Shown: piece by piece, positions 1 through 8,581 of the stretch | Layout: every line of letters starts with the position of its first letter | Numbering within the stretch: the first letter of the stretch is position 1 | DNA from: an uncultured Legionellales bacterium | Lineage (GTDB): Bacteria; Pseudomonadota; Gammaproteobacteria; JAHCLG01 | Reading direction: 5' to 3' | Assembly: GCA_964352985.1 (NCBI GenBank) | Contig: CAYGUK010000001.1 | Location: forward strand, 5,374-69,373 | DNA length: 64,000 nt | The notes under the pieces: generated by a model | Databases searched by the model: none | What the model was told of the DNA's origin: nothing | Seen by the model: only the letters and a program-made list of their open reading frames with translations | Made by a program: the position numbers and the translations under genes

Positions 1-1
1 A

Positions 2-355
2 CCTCAAGATTGGCTAAGTATCATTAATGAATTTGGTGGTAATATTCCAGAAACGTACGGTGTTCCCGTTGCAGAAATTCAAGAAGGAATCAAACACGGC
101 GTACGTAAAGTGAATATCGACACCGATCTACGCTTAGCGTCAACTGGATCGATTCGCCGCGTTCTCGCCGAAAATCCACAAGAATTTGATCCCAGAAAAT
201 ATCTTAAAGAAGCCCTAAAAGGCATGTCTGAAATTTGTAAAGCACGTCTTGAAGCCTTTGGCACTGCTGGTAATGCTGATAAAATCAAAGTATTATCAAT
301 GGATAAAATGTTTGAACGTTACGCCAGCGGTGAATTAGATCCAAAAGTGAATTAA
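2..355 (+). CDS. fba: fructose-bisphosphate aldolase class II, C-terminal part (5' end lies outside the window)
   Basis: Frame 2 is open from the window edge. The translation ...GVRKVNIDTDLRLASTGSIRRVLAENPQEFDPRKYLKEA...FGTAGNADKI matches the conserved C-terminus of class II FBA. The GTG at 110 in the ORF track is internal. Confidence 0.85.
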   Translation, partial: PQDWLSIINEFGGNIPETYGVPVAEIQEGIKHGVRKVNIDTDLRLASTGSIRRVLAENPQEFDPRKYLKEALKGMSEICKARLEAFGTAGNADKIKVLSMDKMFERYASGELDPKVN

Positions 356-375
356 TTTTTTCGATCTTTTTCTAA

Positions 376-407
376 TTTCTCCTCGATAACATTTTATCGA
401 GGAGAAA
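376..407. terminator. perfect 14-bp hairpin between fba and ackA
   Basis: Arms tttctcctcgataa (376-389) and ttatcgaggagaaa (394-407) with a 4-nt loop, 21 nt after the fba stop. No U-tract follows on either strand, so terminator function is inferred from position only. Confidence 0.45.
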
Positions 408-433
408 ACCTTTCACCCAACAAGGAATCAGTT

Positions 434-1639
434 ATGTCAGAAGCGATTATCGTTATTAATTCCGGCTCAGCCAGTCTTAAATTTTCTTTATTTCAAATTG
501 ATAATTGCCGATTATTATTTAATGGTTATATCGAAAAAATAAATGATGCCCCCGAACTCACCATTACTGATGCCAAAGGCGTGATTTGTGATAAAACTTG
601 TTATCACTTAAGCGATAAAAAAGATGGGCATGAAGTCGCTTTAGTTATAGTGCGTGAATGGATAAAAAATAAATGTAAAGATTATAATATCACTGCAATT
701 GGTCATCGCGTGGTACATGGTGGCAGTAAATACTTTCGTCCGACGATTATAGATGATGACGTGATTAAAGATTTAGAATCTTTTATTCCCTTAGCGCCAT
801 TACATCAAGCCGATAATTTATTACCGATAAAAGCATTACGTAAAGAGTTACCCAAAATTCCGCAAATTGCTTGTTTTGATACTGCATTTCATCATGCGCA
901 AAAAGATATTGCAAAACTCTATGCGATTCCAAAAAAATATACTGATCAAGGAATATTACGTTATGGTTTTCATGGTTTATCTTACGAGTATATCGCCCAA
1001 TCATTACCAGAATTCATCGATCATAAAGCCGATAATAAAATAGTCATTGCACACTTAGGTCACGGCGCATCGATGTGTGCGATGGAAAACAGACGATCAG
1101 TTGCCACAACCATGGGATTTTCAGCACTTGCAGGATTACCGATGGGCAGTTGTTCTGGTAATATTGATCCCGGTGTATTATTATATTTTTTAACCGAAGA
1201 AAAATTCACCGCAAATCAATTATCTGATTTCCTTTATAACGAATGTGGTTTACTCGGCGTATCGGGCATTAGCAGTGATGTAAGAGAATTATTACATAGC
1301 GATAGTGATCAGGCTAAATTAGCGCTCGATTTATTTATCTATCGTTGTAATCGTGAATTGGGATCGATGATTGCCGCATTAGGCGGTATCGATATTTTAA
1401 TTTTCACCGGTGGCATAGCAGAAAATGAACCGCTCATTCGCGAAAAAATTTGCAAACTTGCAAAATGGACCGGGGTTAAATTAGATGAAAAAGCAAATCA
1501 CCATCACGAAGTCTTAATCAGTCATCCTGATAGTAAAGTCGAGGTTTTAGTTATTCCAACTAACGAAGAATTAATGATTGCCATTCACACTGCAATTGCC
1601 TTAGCACAATACGAATATAGTGATGATGATGATATTTAA
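434..1639 (+). CDS. ackA: acetate kinase
   Basis: 401 aa with INSGSASLKFSLF near the N-terminus and GHRVVHGG. Length and motifs are typical of acetate/propionate kinases. Confidence 0.9.
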   Translation: MSEAIIVINSGSASLKFSLFQIDNCRLLFNGYIEKINDAPELTITDAKGVICDKTCYHLSDKKDGHEVALVIVREWIKNKCKDYNITAIGHRVVHGGSKYFRPTIIDDDVIKDLESFIPLAPLHQADNLLPIKALRKELPKIPQIACFDTAFHHAQKDIAKLYAIPKKYTDQGILRYGFHGLSYEYIAQSLPEFIDHKADNKIVIAHLGHGASMCAMENRRSVATTMGFSALAGLPMGSCSGNIDPGVLLYFLTEEKFTANQLSDFLYNECGLLGVSGISSDVRELLHSDSDQAKLALDLFIYRCNRELGSMIAALGGIDILIFTGGIAENEPLIREKICKLAKWTGVKLDEKANHHHEVLISHPDSKVEVLVIPTNEELMIAIHTAIALAQYEYSDDDDI

Positions 1640-1643
1640 TCGA

Positions 1644-1970
1644 TTATAATTTTGCGAAGTAAGAAAATAAAACAGCCATTAAAGCCGGTAAAACATAAAC
1701 TAAAAATATTACCCACTTTGCATGTGATCTTGTTTTTAGCGCTTTATGCTGAAAATATTCAGAGGGTTCATCTTCTAGTGGATTTTCATTTAAGACATTA
1801 CGAAGAATAACATTTACTTTTTCAACGAAAGGTTTTTCAACGTAAAGAACTTGGTAATGTTCGAAAATGGGGTAATTTCCACGTTTATGTTGCAAACAGC
1901 AATTTATGCCTTCATCGAGTAAAATATTTTTAATATATTGGCCATTTTGACCGGAATATACTGGGACCAT
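1644..1970 (-). CDS. hypothetical small protein with a C-terminal transmembrane helix (N-terminal part resembles DUF2007-type small domains)
   Basis: 108-aa ORF convergent with ackA. The C-terminal hydrophobic stretch is WVIFLVYVLPALMAVLFSYF. Family resemblance is from memory only. Confidence 0.45.
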   Translation of the reverse strand: MVPVYSGQNGQYIKNILLDEGINCCLQHKRGNYPIFEHYQVLYVEKPFVEKVNVILRNVLNENPLEDEPSEYFQHKALKTRSHAKWVIFLVYVLPALMAVLFSYFAKL

Positions 1971-2241
1971 GAAACGCCTAATAAAAGACTCTAATTTAGG
2001 TAAATTATACGCTTTACGCCTTATGTATGCAAGGACAATGTAATACTCTATTTTTTTTCAATACCTTGAATTACTCACCAAACTAGTAACAAAATCGTCT
2101 ATTCAAAATAAGTGTGAATCTGAGAATTTCTGAGTAAATATCTGAGTCTTATAACATTTCATCATCTAATTGACGGTAGATTATTTAGACAGATTCCAAT
2201 AAATTATCGCCTTCCGCTGACTTAAGTTAGGAGAAAATAAA

Positions 2242-3078
2242 TTGCTTAGTTCTATGTTCGGTTTTTTAAAAAGTCAAAATCAATCGAAATTTATCGTCAT
2301 CGATAACACAAATTTGCAGCGTGAATTTCGCTTGCAAGATGCTTGGTTGTTATTAAACATGATGTATAGTATCGATGAGTCGCATTCTGGTTTATCTTTT
2401 TCAAAAAAATCCTATGGTTTTACTGGAAGTGATGAAGATATCGCAACCCCCAGAAAAGATCTAAGCGCATTATTTGATACTAACCGATTTACCCATTATA
2501 AAAATAATCAACTCACGACTCGTTGCCAACAAGGATATACGCTTTTTAAATTGGTAAATGAAAAAGGTCAAACGATTGCATTAATGAGCGGGTATTTAGA
2601 AAACTACCAATTGAGTGATCCCAAACATCAAGAAAAAATGCTCGCTCTTTTTCGAGAAAAAAATATCAGCCAAGTTGAATCCATGCCACACTTTCATTTT
2701 TTAAATTTAGTGATCCATCCCCATTTTCGTCATCAAGGATTTTTTAAAAAATTAATGCAACATGTTGTCACTTGGTTAAACCAAAATAATATTTTGTTAA
2801 TCAGTTATACATTATCAGTAGAATCGCAGCAGACAAATTTAGCCTTTTATCATCGTATTAGAAATAAAGCCCCGGTGATTTCATGCGGAAATTTACCGAA
2901 TAAAACAACCAGTATGGTCTACTCCCATGCGGTAAGTGATATAAAAAAATCATTAGAAAAATCCGCACACCCTTACTTAAAACCAGTAATTATTGGGGGA
3001 ACACTATTAACAGCATTAAGCATAATATGGTTTTTATCGAAAAAAGAGATACCCCCTCAAAGAGTTCTTAAAAAATAA
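2242..3078 (+). CDS. GNAT-like acetyltransferase candidate with a C-terminal membrane anchor
   Basis: TTG start 8 nt after aggag (2229-2233). FHFLNLVIHPHFRHQGFFKKLMQHVVTWL fits GNAT motif A (beta4, R/Q-x-x-G-x-G/A, helix). The C-terminal TM is VIIGGTLLTALSIIWFL. Confidence 0.5.
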   Translation: MLSSMFGFLKSQNQSKFIVIDNTNLQREFRLQDAWLLLNMMYSIDESHSGLSFSKKSYGFTGSDEDIATPRKDLSALFDTNRFTHYKNNQLTTRCQQGYTLFKLVNEKGQTIALMSGYLENYQLSDPKHQEKMLALFREKNISQVESMPHFHFLNLVIHPHFRHQGFFKKLMQHVVTWLNQNNILLISYTLSVESQQTNLAFYHRIRNKAPVISCGNLPNKTTSMVYSHAVSDIKKSLEKSAHPYLKPVIIGGTLLTALSIIWFLSKKEIPPQRVLKK

Positions 3079-3219
3079 ATATTAATTTTGAAATTCAACT
3101 TATCAGTATTACTTCTATCATTATCGTTATTCTCACAGTAGCTTGAGTATAACACCGTAGTTTATACCCTATATTTTTGCTTAAATACTATCAACATGAG
3201 AAATAAGAAGGATGTAATC

Positions 3220-3657
3220 ATGGGTATATTTGATGATGTTTCAGATGGTTTTAGTGATTTAGACTCAATGTATCAATATGCAATTATCGCCGGTGGCTCT
3301 CTCTTAACTTTAGTATGTTGTGTTTGTTGTATTTGTAAATGTCGTCGTTCTGGCGAAGATAGGTCTGCAGAAAATAGAGATCCCTCGTTATTAGAATTAC
3401 CAACTATTTCACCACACGACGAAGAAAAAAGAGTTCGAGATTTAAGCCAAAAATTTGATACAACACAATCTCAACAAATAGAGAGTAAACGATTATCTAC
3501 TTTAATAGGCTTAGCCGAATTTGGTCAACATGCCTTAAATGAGGATGAGCTCAATCAAGCGAAAAGAGATTTAGCTATTTTACAAGGATTACTTGCGGGA
3601 ACATTACACATTGGTGAACAAGAACTTGATTCACCACGTAGACTCGTTCCAGTTTAG
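3220..3657 (+). CDS. small single-pass membrane protein with a juxtamembrane Cys cluster
   Basis: The ORF is open from 3196, but the ATG at 3220 has gaagga 7 nt upstream. The TM AIIAGGSLLTLV is followed directly by CCVCCICKC (nt 3316-3342). Confidence 0.5.
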   Translation: MGIFDDVSDGFSDLDSMYQYAIIAGGSLLTLVCCVCCICKCRRSGEDRSAENRDPSLLELPTISPHDEEKRVRDLSQKFDTTQSQQIESKRLSTLIGLAEFGQHALNEDELNQAKRDLAILQGLLAGTLHIGEQELDSPRRLVPV

Positions 3658-3681
3658 AATAAAGTTTTCATTATTAAAAAT

Positions 3682-3711
3682 AAAATCCCCGAGCTAACAC
3701 TCAGGGATTTT
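3682..3711. terminator. bidirectional intrinsic terminator between convergent genes
   Basis: aaaatccccgag / ctcagggatttt forms 11 bp with 1 mismatch and a 6-nt loop. It has an A-run on the left and a T-run on the right, so a U-tract follows on both strands. Confidence 0.6.
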
Positions 3712-3731
3712 ATTTTAATCAGTGGAAAGAA

Positions 3732-6452
3732 TTATTTTCCGAAACTTGGTCTACAGAGCATTTGTTGAAGTTGCTGCTCAGCAGACTTTTGAACATTTGC
3801 TAATTCATGACCATCACTTACCGTTAACATCCATTTCATTTCACCTTGGTGATATTTAAGTTGAATATTACAAGCTCCTTGATCAAAATAATTATTTAAT
3901 ATTTTATTGAGACGTTCATTAGGATTGTTTTCAACTAAACAGCGTGGAATTTCTTTTTGAGTACATGACGCTAAGCAAATTTCTTTCTGAGACGCTTTAC
4001 CGCTCGCAATTAATGTGAGTAATTCTGCAGAAGCTTCTTCAAAAGTTTGTTCTTGATATTGGATTTCAGCTTCGCGCTTTACCTCTAATTCACGCTCTTG
4101 ATTTTGATTATTTTGAGAGAAGTCATTTTCAACATTATATACTTCCATATCCTCATCATCTAATACTACCTCACCTTCCTCTAAAGGTGGCATTTCTTCA
4201 CTATCTGAATGTAAATTTTGTTCCTCTAATTCAGGCACGTTGTCTAATTTCATTGAAAGTGAAATAGTATTAATGAGTGATTGCACTTGAAGAAGCGTAA
4301 CGTCTACTTTCTCTGCAAAATAAATATCGAGTGTAATATTGTCGACATCTTCGTCATCAAGCACTCTAACTCTTAACGAAGGTATTGCATTTATTATATT
4401 ATCATCTACTTCGAGATCCTCAGTCTCTCTTATTTTCCCTTTTATAGCAGCTTGTAAACTAGCGGTTAGCTTATCAATATCGTGATCAAAGTTAGACAAT
4501 ATTTGATTTGCATTGTCTTTAACATGAATCGACTCAGCGCCTTCTTCATTTACAATCTCACCTTCTTGAAAACCACGTAAGATTTGATCTGAATTTTTAT
4601 CTTCTATGATTATTTCATCTCGCTTTTTCACCTCAGCTTCTTCGCTCACTTTTTGATGATTTTCCACTTTTTTAACCTGATAAGGTTTACCATTTGCGAC
4701 ATCAATAAAAGATGATAAAATATTTTTTTGCTCCTCAATTGATTTATTAGAATCCCTTAAAAAGAGAAACACGCGCATGCCTCTACCATCCATGCCAAAT
4801 CCGACTAAAACCTTATTTATTGTTTCTTCTGGAATACCTTTAAGCTTAAAAAAAGTTGTCAAATTTTCTTGATATGGGACACTTGATGTAAATGAATTCG
4901 GTTTATCAAGTATAATCTCTGCTAAATCTACGCCATTGTCTACTACTTTAGCGCTAGCAAGTTTATCGACATACATTTTGACTTCAGGGTTTAACTGTTC
5001 CTCTTCTCTTTTTACTTCTGCTTCTTTGAGCGCGTTATTTTCTATTCCCTTTTGTTTTACTACATAAGGATTTCCATTCGCTACTTCTTTCAATGCGAGT
5101 AATATGTTTTTTTGTTCATCCGAAGAAATGTTATTGTCTAAACAGCTTAACGAAACTCGTGTTCCATGACCATCGAATCTAAAACCCACTCTCAAAAATT
5201 CAATGATTTTTTCAGGTACATTTCTAGACTTAAAAAATTCTTTCAAAGCATCTTCATAGGGTTGTGGTGTAATAAATCGACCATGACTTACTTTTTCTAG
5301 AATTACTTCTGGTTCGTCATATTCTCTTTCTAATATTTCACCATTCTTTAACTTATCGACATATATTTGAATTTTAGGATCTACTTCACTCGCTTTTTTA
5401 CTTTCTTTTTCTACTTTAAATTTATCTTCATCTACCTCTTTTAATGCACTTTCATAATCAAGGCCACCGGCTACTTTAATTAATATCTTGAGTATTTCTT
5501 CATTTTTTATGGAAGAATTATAATTAGCACCCAATACATAAAACATATCAGCGCCAATATTGGTAACCATGACCTTGAGATTATCTATAACTTCTTTTGG
5601 TACTTTATGTTCACTGAAATATTTTTTTATTGCTGCCTCAGGTTTATATGTATCTAATTGATCTTGGCCAGGAACATATTTGATAAGAGGAACTGAGGTA
5701 TTAGCACCAATAAAACTCCTACTCCTATGTATTTCACCTTGTGCTAATGCTTGTATCCATTTGTTCGGTTGCGCATTAATTTGTTTTGGTTCTGGTAGAG
5801 CCCCATTATTAAAAAGATGTATAATCTCTTCATTAATCTCGAATAAGTCCATCGCAATCATAGAAATCATATAATATTTAAATGTATTATTTTCATACTT
5901 TAATTCATTGAGAAGATTAAACAAAACAAAATGAGGGAAGTTTATTACACTTTTAATTTTTTCATTAATTTCCTGTTTCCTGGCAATTGATACATTTTCA
6001 CCATCGAGCCTGTCAGGACAATAGATATTCTTTTTAAACTGTTCATATATATTTAATATCAATTTTCTTGCAAGCTTATAAGTCACTTCTGCTTCTTCAG
6101 ATTTTTCAAAGCTGGATTTATTCCCTCTGCCAAAAAAGGCGGCCATTAAATTCATTGTTTCACTTATTTCGTCAGACTTGTCTGTGATTTTTTTTGTACT
6201 TTCCTCCACATCTTTTCTATAGTAATCATCACTTTTATCACCTAAAAAATCATTAATAGTCTCCGGAAAATGTTTGCTCATCGCATTGAATAGTCCAGAA
6301 AGTTTTGCTTCTATATCTGTTGAAGCTAGAGAAATAGTCACCATATTGTCCCGAGATATATCTCGATTGCGTTTTTCTTGCATCCTAATAGCAATTTGTT
6401 TAATTAAATCTTTATTCGATAATTCAGCAATTTTATCTCTACTCGCAGCCAT
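3732..6452 (-). CDS. 906-aa modular repeat protein, paralogue family member (unknown function)
   Basis: Long ORF with aggaga SD 6 nt before the ATG. It has three tandem copies of a ~130-aa module and EEAEVK linkers. It shares blocks with the 676-aa neighbour. Confidence 0.7.
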   Translation of the reverse strand: MAASRDKIAELSNKDLIKQIAIRMQEKRNRDISRDNMVTISLASTDIEAKLSGLFNAMSKHFPETINDFLGDKSDDYYRKDVEESTKKITDKSDEISETMNLMAAFFGRGNKSSFEKSEEAEVTYKLARKLILNIYEQFKKNIYCPDRLDGENVSIARKQEINEKIKSVINFPHFVLFNLLNELKYENNTFKYYMISMIAMDLFEINEEIIHLFNNGALPEPKQINAQPNKWIQALAQGEIHRSRSFIGANTSVPLIKYVPGQDQLDTYKPEAAIKKYFSEHKVPKEVIDNLKVMVTNIGADMFYVLGANYNSSIKNEEILKILIKVAGGLDYESALKEVDEDKFKVEKESKKASEVDPKIQIYVDKLKNGEILEREYDEPEVILEKVSHGRFITPQPYEDALKEFFKSRNVPEKIIEFLRVGFRFDGHGTRVSLSCLDNNISSDEQKNILLALKEVANGNPYVVKQKGIENNALKEAEVKREEEQLNPEVKMYVDKLASAKVVDNGVDLAEIILDKPNSFTSSVPYQENLTTFFKLKGIPEETINKVLVGFGMDGRGMRVFLFLRDSNKSIEEQKNILSSFIDVANGKPYQVKKVENHQKVSEEAEVKKRDEIIIEDKNSDQILRGFQEGEIVNEEGAESIHVKDNANQILSNFDHDIDKLTASLQAAIKGKIRETEDLEVDDNIINAIPSLRVRVLDDEDVDNITLDIYFAEKVDVTLLQVQSLINTISLSMKLDNVPELEEQNLHSDSEEMPPLEEGEVVLDDEDMEVYNVENDFSQNNQNQERELEVKREAEIQYQEQTFEEASAELLTLIASGKASQKEICLASCTQKEIPRCLVENNPNERLNKILNNYFDQGACNIQLKYHQGEMKWMLTVSDGHELANVQKSAEQQLQQMLCRPSFGK
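4617..5384 (-). repeat. intragenic tandem repeat, two well-conserved ~130-aa units (a third degenerate unit lies upstream at aa ~230-356)
   Basis: aa 357-486 and 487-612 align. IQIYVDKLKNGEIL...PYEDALKEFFKSRNVPEKIIEFLRVGFRFDGHGTRVSL...SDEQKNILLALKEVANGNPYVVK...EAEVK matches VKMYVDKLASAKVV...PYQENLTTFFKLKGIPEETINKVLVGFGMDGRGMRVFL...IEEQKNILSSFIDVANGKPYQVK...EAEVK. Confidence 0.75.
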
Positions 6453-6513
6453 GTTAATCTCCTAACTTTTTTATATTTGTCAAAAATTGAATTGAACGAA
6501 ATTGAAATGTAGT

Positions 6514-8544
6514 TTAACGTTTCAATTTTATTTGATTGTTTTTTAAATACTCTTTAGCACTTTCTTTAGCTTTCTCGGCAAGGTCTTTTGATTTAAATGC
6601 TACAACTAATGCAGAGTCATCCTCAACAACTTGATTTGTTACTTCATAACCCTCTGCAAGTTTAAGTTTTTCACTCAAAAAATCATCTAAACTTAATCGC
6701 TCGTGTAAATGTTGTAATACTTTTAAGCGACCTTTTAAAAACGGAACAACATATTGCAACCGATGCTCTGGACCCAAATCGATTATGTCATCTTGGGCTA
6801 GGGCATTAAGTATTAAATCCTCGTTAGTTAAGGGTTTTTCTTCATATTGTTTTTTTATTTCTTTAACCGGCGAATTATCTGCGGAATTTTTTTGATGCGG
6901 TTGCTTATTTGGATTTGGTATGATATTTGCTAATGCTAAAAGATATTTTAAAGTATCCTTTGGTTTTTGCGTATTATTACTACATGTTACCGTAAACATT
7001 AACGATTCTTGTTCTTCAATAATCACATCAATTTTAACTGAGTTTATTAGATGTTGAAGTTTCCCCTTCATTTTATTTTTTACATAGTTATCAAGTGTTG
7101 ATGCCAATATGCTTTTAATACTTTGTTCGCTAACATCTGCATCAGGTAAAAAATCGCATTCACAATGAATAACGGGATGTGGTGACCCCTCTTCATCGAT
7201 TAATTGGCCTTGTTGAAAAATAGTCAGAATTATTTCATCAATAGATAAATCTTTTCTGATAGATTCTTTTTCCTTTTTAACTTCGGCTTCTTCTTTTTCC
7301 TTTTCCAACTCTGCCTGATCCAGCTCTTTCGAGAACTCATAAGGTTGGAATTTTTCCTCTGGTGCAAGACATAAATTATAAATTTGCTCCAAATAAAAAT
7401 TCTCTTCAATAGGATTGTTATATGGCTTGGCAAATTTAATGTTGATTTGATCAGTAAATCCACCATCATCCAAATCCATCTGAATTTCTACGCGTAAATT
7501 CTCTAAAAGATTAGCGGGCGCGCCATGTTCATGTAAATAATTTCTTAACAAGAATAGCATGCCTGCAGGATTAGGATTATGACTATTTTCAAGACACTTA
7601 AAATTAATTTTGTTATTGATAATTTGGCCTTGTGCAATTTTTTGACGTAAATCGGTGATTGAAGGTGTTCGTTCTAATTTATCTAGTCTATATGCTAAAC
7701 TATTAGCTCGCACAATACCGGTTGCTTCTAATGTTTTACAATAAGTTAATTCTGGATAGGGTTCTACTCGATTATATTTGAACATATCATTAATACGTTC
7801 TCGACAATTAAGCATATTAGTCGCTAAAATTGCAATCATGATCATATTGTCATTCATATTATCAAAATCAATCTCATCTATAATAAAATTAAATAATAAT
7901 AACGAGTAATCTACTTCGCCTACTACGTTTTCACAAAGTTTATCGATAGCACTTTTAAATTGTATAAACGCTGATATCAACACATCACGTAAACTATCAA
8001 AGATTAATTTGGTTTCTTTTGTATAAATTTTTAAATCGATAAATAGTGGTTCTAACCCTTTTAAATTATCTCGAGCCGCGCCCAACAAAACCAATTTAGA
8101 ATTTGTTTCTTTTAACTTATAATCCCTTAGCTCTTTTGAATCTTTTGTCTTGAAAGAATGGCAATATTTAGAAACTTCACTAAGCGCGTTAGCATGCGCG
8201 TCAATTGCCATCATATCAAATTTCCCACGATCTATTTCGCCCTTTTTTGTTAACATTGGTAATGCTAGATTAAATGGTTTTCCAGAAAAAAGCTGTTGTC
8301 TAAGTGCTACAATATTTTCTTGTAATGTAGCTTCGCCTAATTTTTTTTGTTCTTTTTCTGATAGAACTGAATACATGTTTAACTCCAAGATACATAAATT
8401 ATCATTGTTAGAATATTGGGAAAGAAGTGTATCTATCACATTTACATGCTGATACCTTTCTTTTAGAAAGTTGATATAGGAATTTGGTTTTTTTTCTAGG
8501 CGATTTACATTTAAATAAAGTTTACTAGACTTTTGAGTGGGCAA
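6514..8544 (-). CDS. 676-aa modular protein, paralogue family member (unknown function)
   Basis: TTG start (8544-8542) is the only in-frame start upstream of sequence that aligns with the 532-aa paralogue N-terminus. It shares blocks with both neighbours. Confidence 0.65.
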   Translation of the reverse strand: MPTQKSSKLYLNVNRLEKKPNSYINFLKERYQHVNVIDTLLSQYSNNDNLCILELNMYSVLSEKEQKKLGEATLQENIVALRQQLFSGKPFNLALPMLTKKGEIDRGKFDMMAIDAHANALSEVSKYCHSFKTKDSKELRDYKLKETNSKLVLLGAARDNLKGLEPLFIDLKIYTKETKLIFDSLRDVLISAFIQFKSAIDKLCENVVGEVDYSLLLFNFIIDEIDFDNMNDNMIMIAILATNMLNCRERINDMFKYNRVEPYPELTYCKTLEATGIVRANSLAYRLDKLERTPSITDLRQKIAQGQIINNKINFKCLENSHNPNPAGMLFLLRNYLHEHGAPANLLENLRVEIQMDLDDGGFTDQINIKFAKPYNNPIEENFYLEQIYNLCLAPEEKFQPYEFSKELDQAELEKEKEEAEVKKEKESIRKDLSIDEIILTIFQQGQLIDEEGSPHPVIHCECDFLPDADVSEQSIKSILASTLDNYVKNKMKGKLQHLINSVKIDVIIEEQESLMFTVTCSNNTQKPKDTLKYLLALANIIPNPNKQPHQKNSADNSPVKEIKKQYEEKPLTNEDLILNALAQDDIIDLGPEHRLQYVVPFLKGRLKVLQHLHERLSLDDFLSEKLKLAEGYEVTNQVVEDDSALVVAFKSKDLAEKAKESAKEYLKNNQIKLKR

Positions 8545-8563
8545 TTAATTGCTCACCCAAAAG
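8530..8563 (-). promoter_or_regulatory. 34-nt near-perfect palindrome spanning the SD-like sequence and TTG start of the 676-aa gene
   Basis: Arms cttttgagtgggcaatt / aattgctcacccaaaag on the plus strand give about 13 bp, with 1 wobble and 1 mismatch on the mRNA strand. The 5' arm contains gggtgag and the TTG start sits near the apex. It lies 19 nt after the upstream stop. Confidence 0.4.
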
Positions 8564-8581
8564 TCTATATTTAATAATAGT

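Noticed and set aside
79-288. 69-aa minus-strand ORF.
   Set aside because: It is antisense to the clearly conserved fba reading frame, so it is an artefact of the opposite strand.
2121-2134. TGAGAATTTCTGA resembles the Legionella LetA box (TNAGAAATTTCTNA, from memory), hinting at an RsmY/Z-type sRNA.
   Set aside because: Half-site spacing is one nucleotide short. The ~100 nt downstream contain no repeated GGA motifs or terminator, and they run directly into a protein-coding gene.
6498-6529. AT-only 9-10 bp hairpin (gaaattgaaa / tttcaatttt) spanning the stop codon of the 676-aa gene.
   Set aside because: It is entirely A/T pairs, half of it inside coding sequence, with the U-run about 10 nt away. 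It cannot be told apart from background palindromes in this AT-rich DNA.
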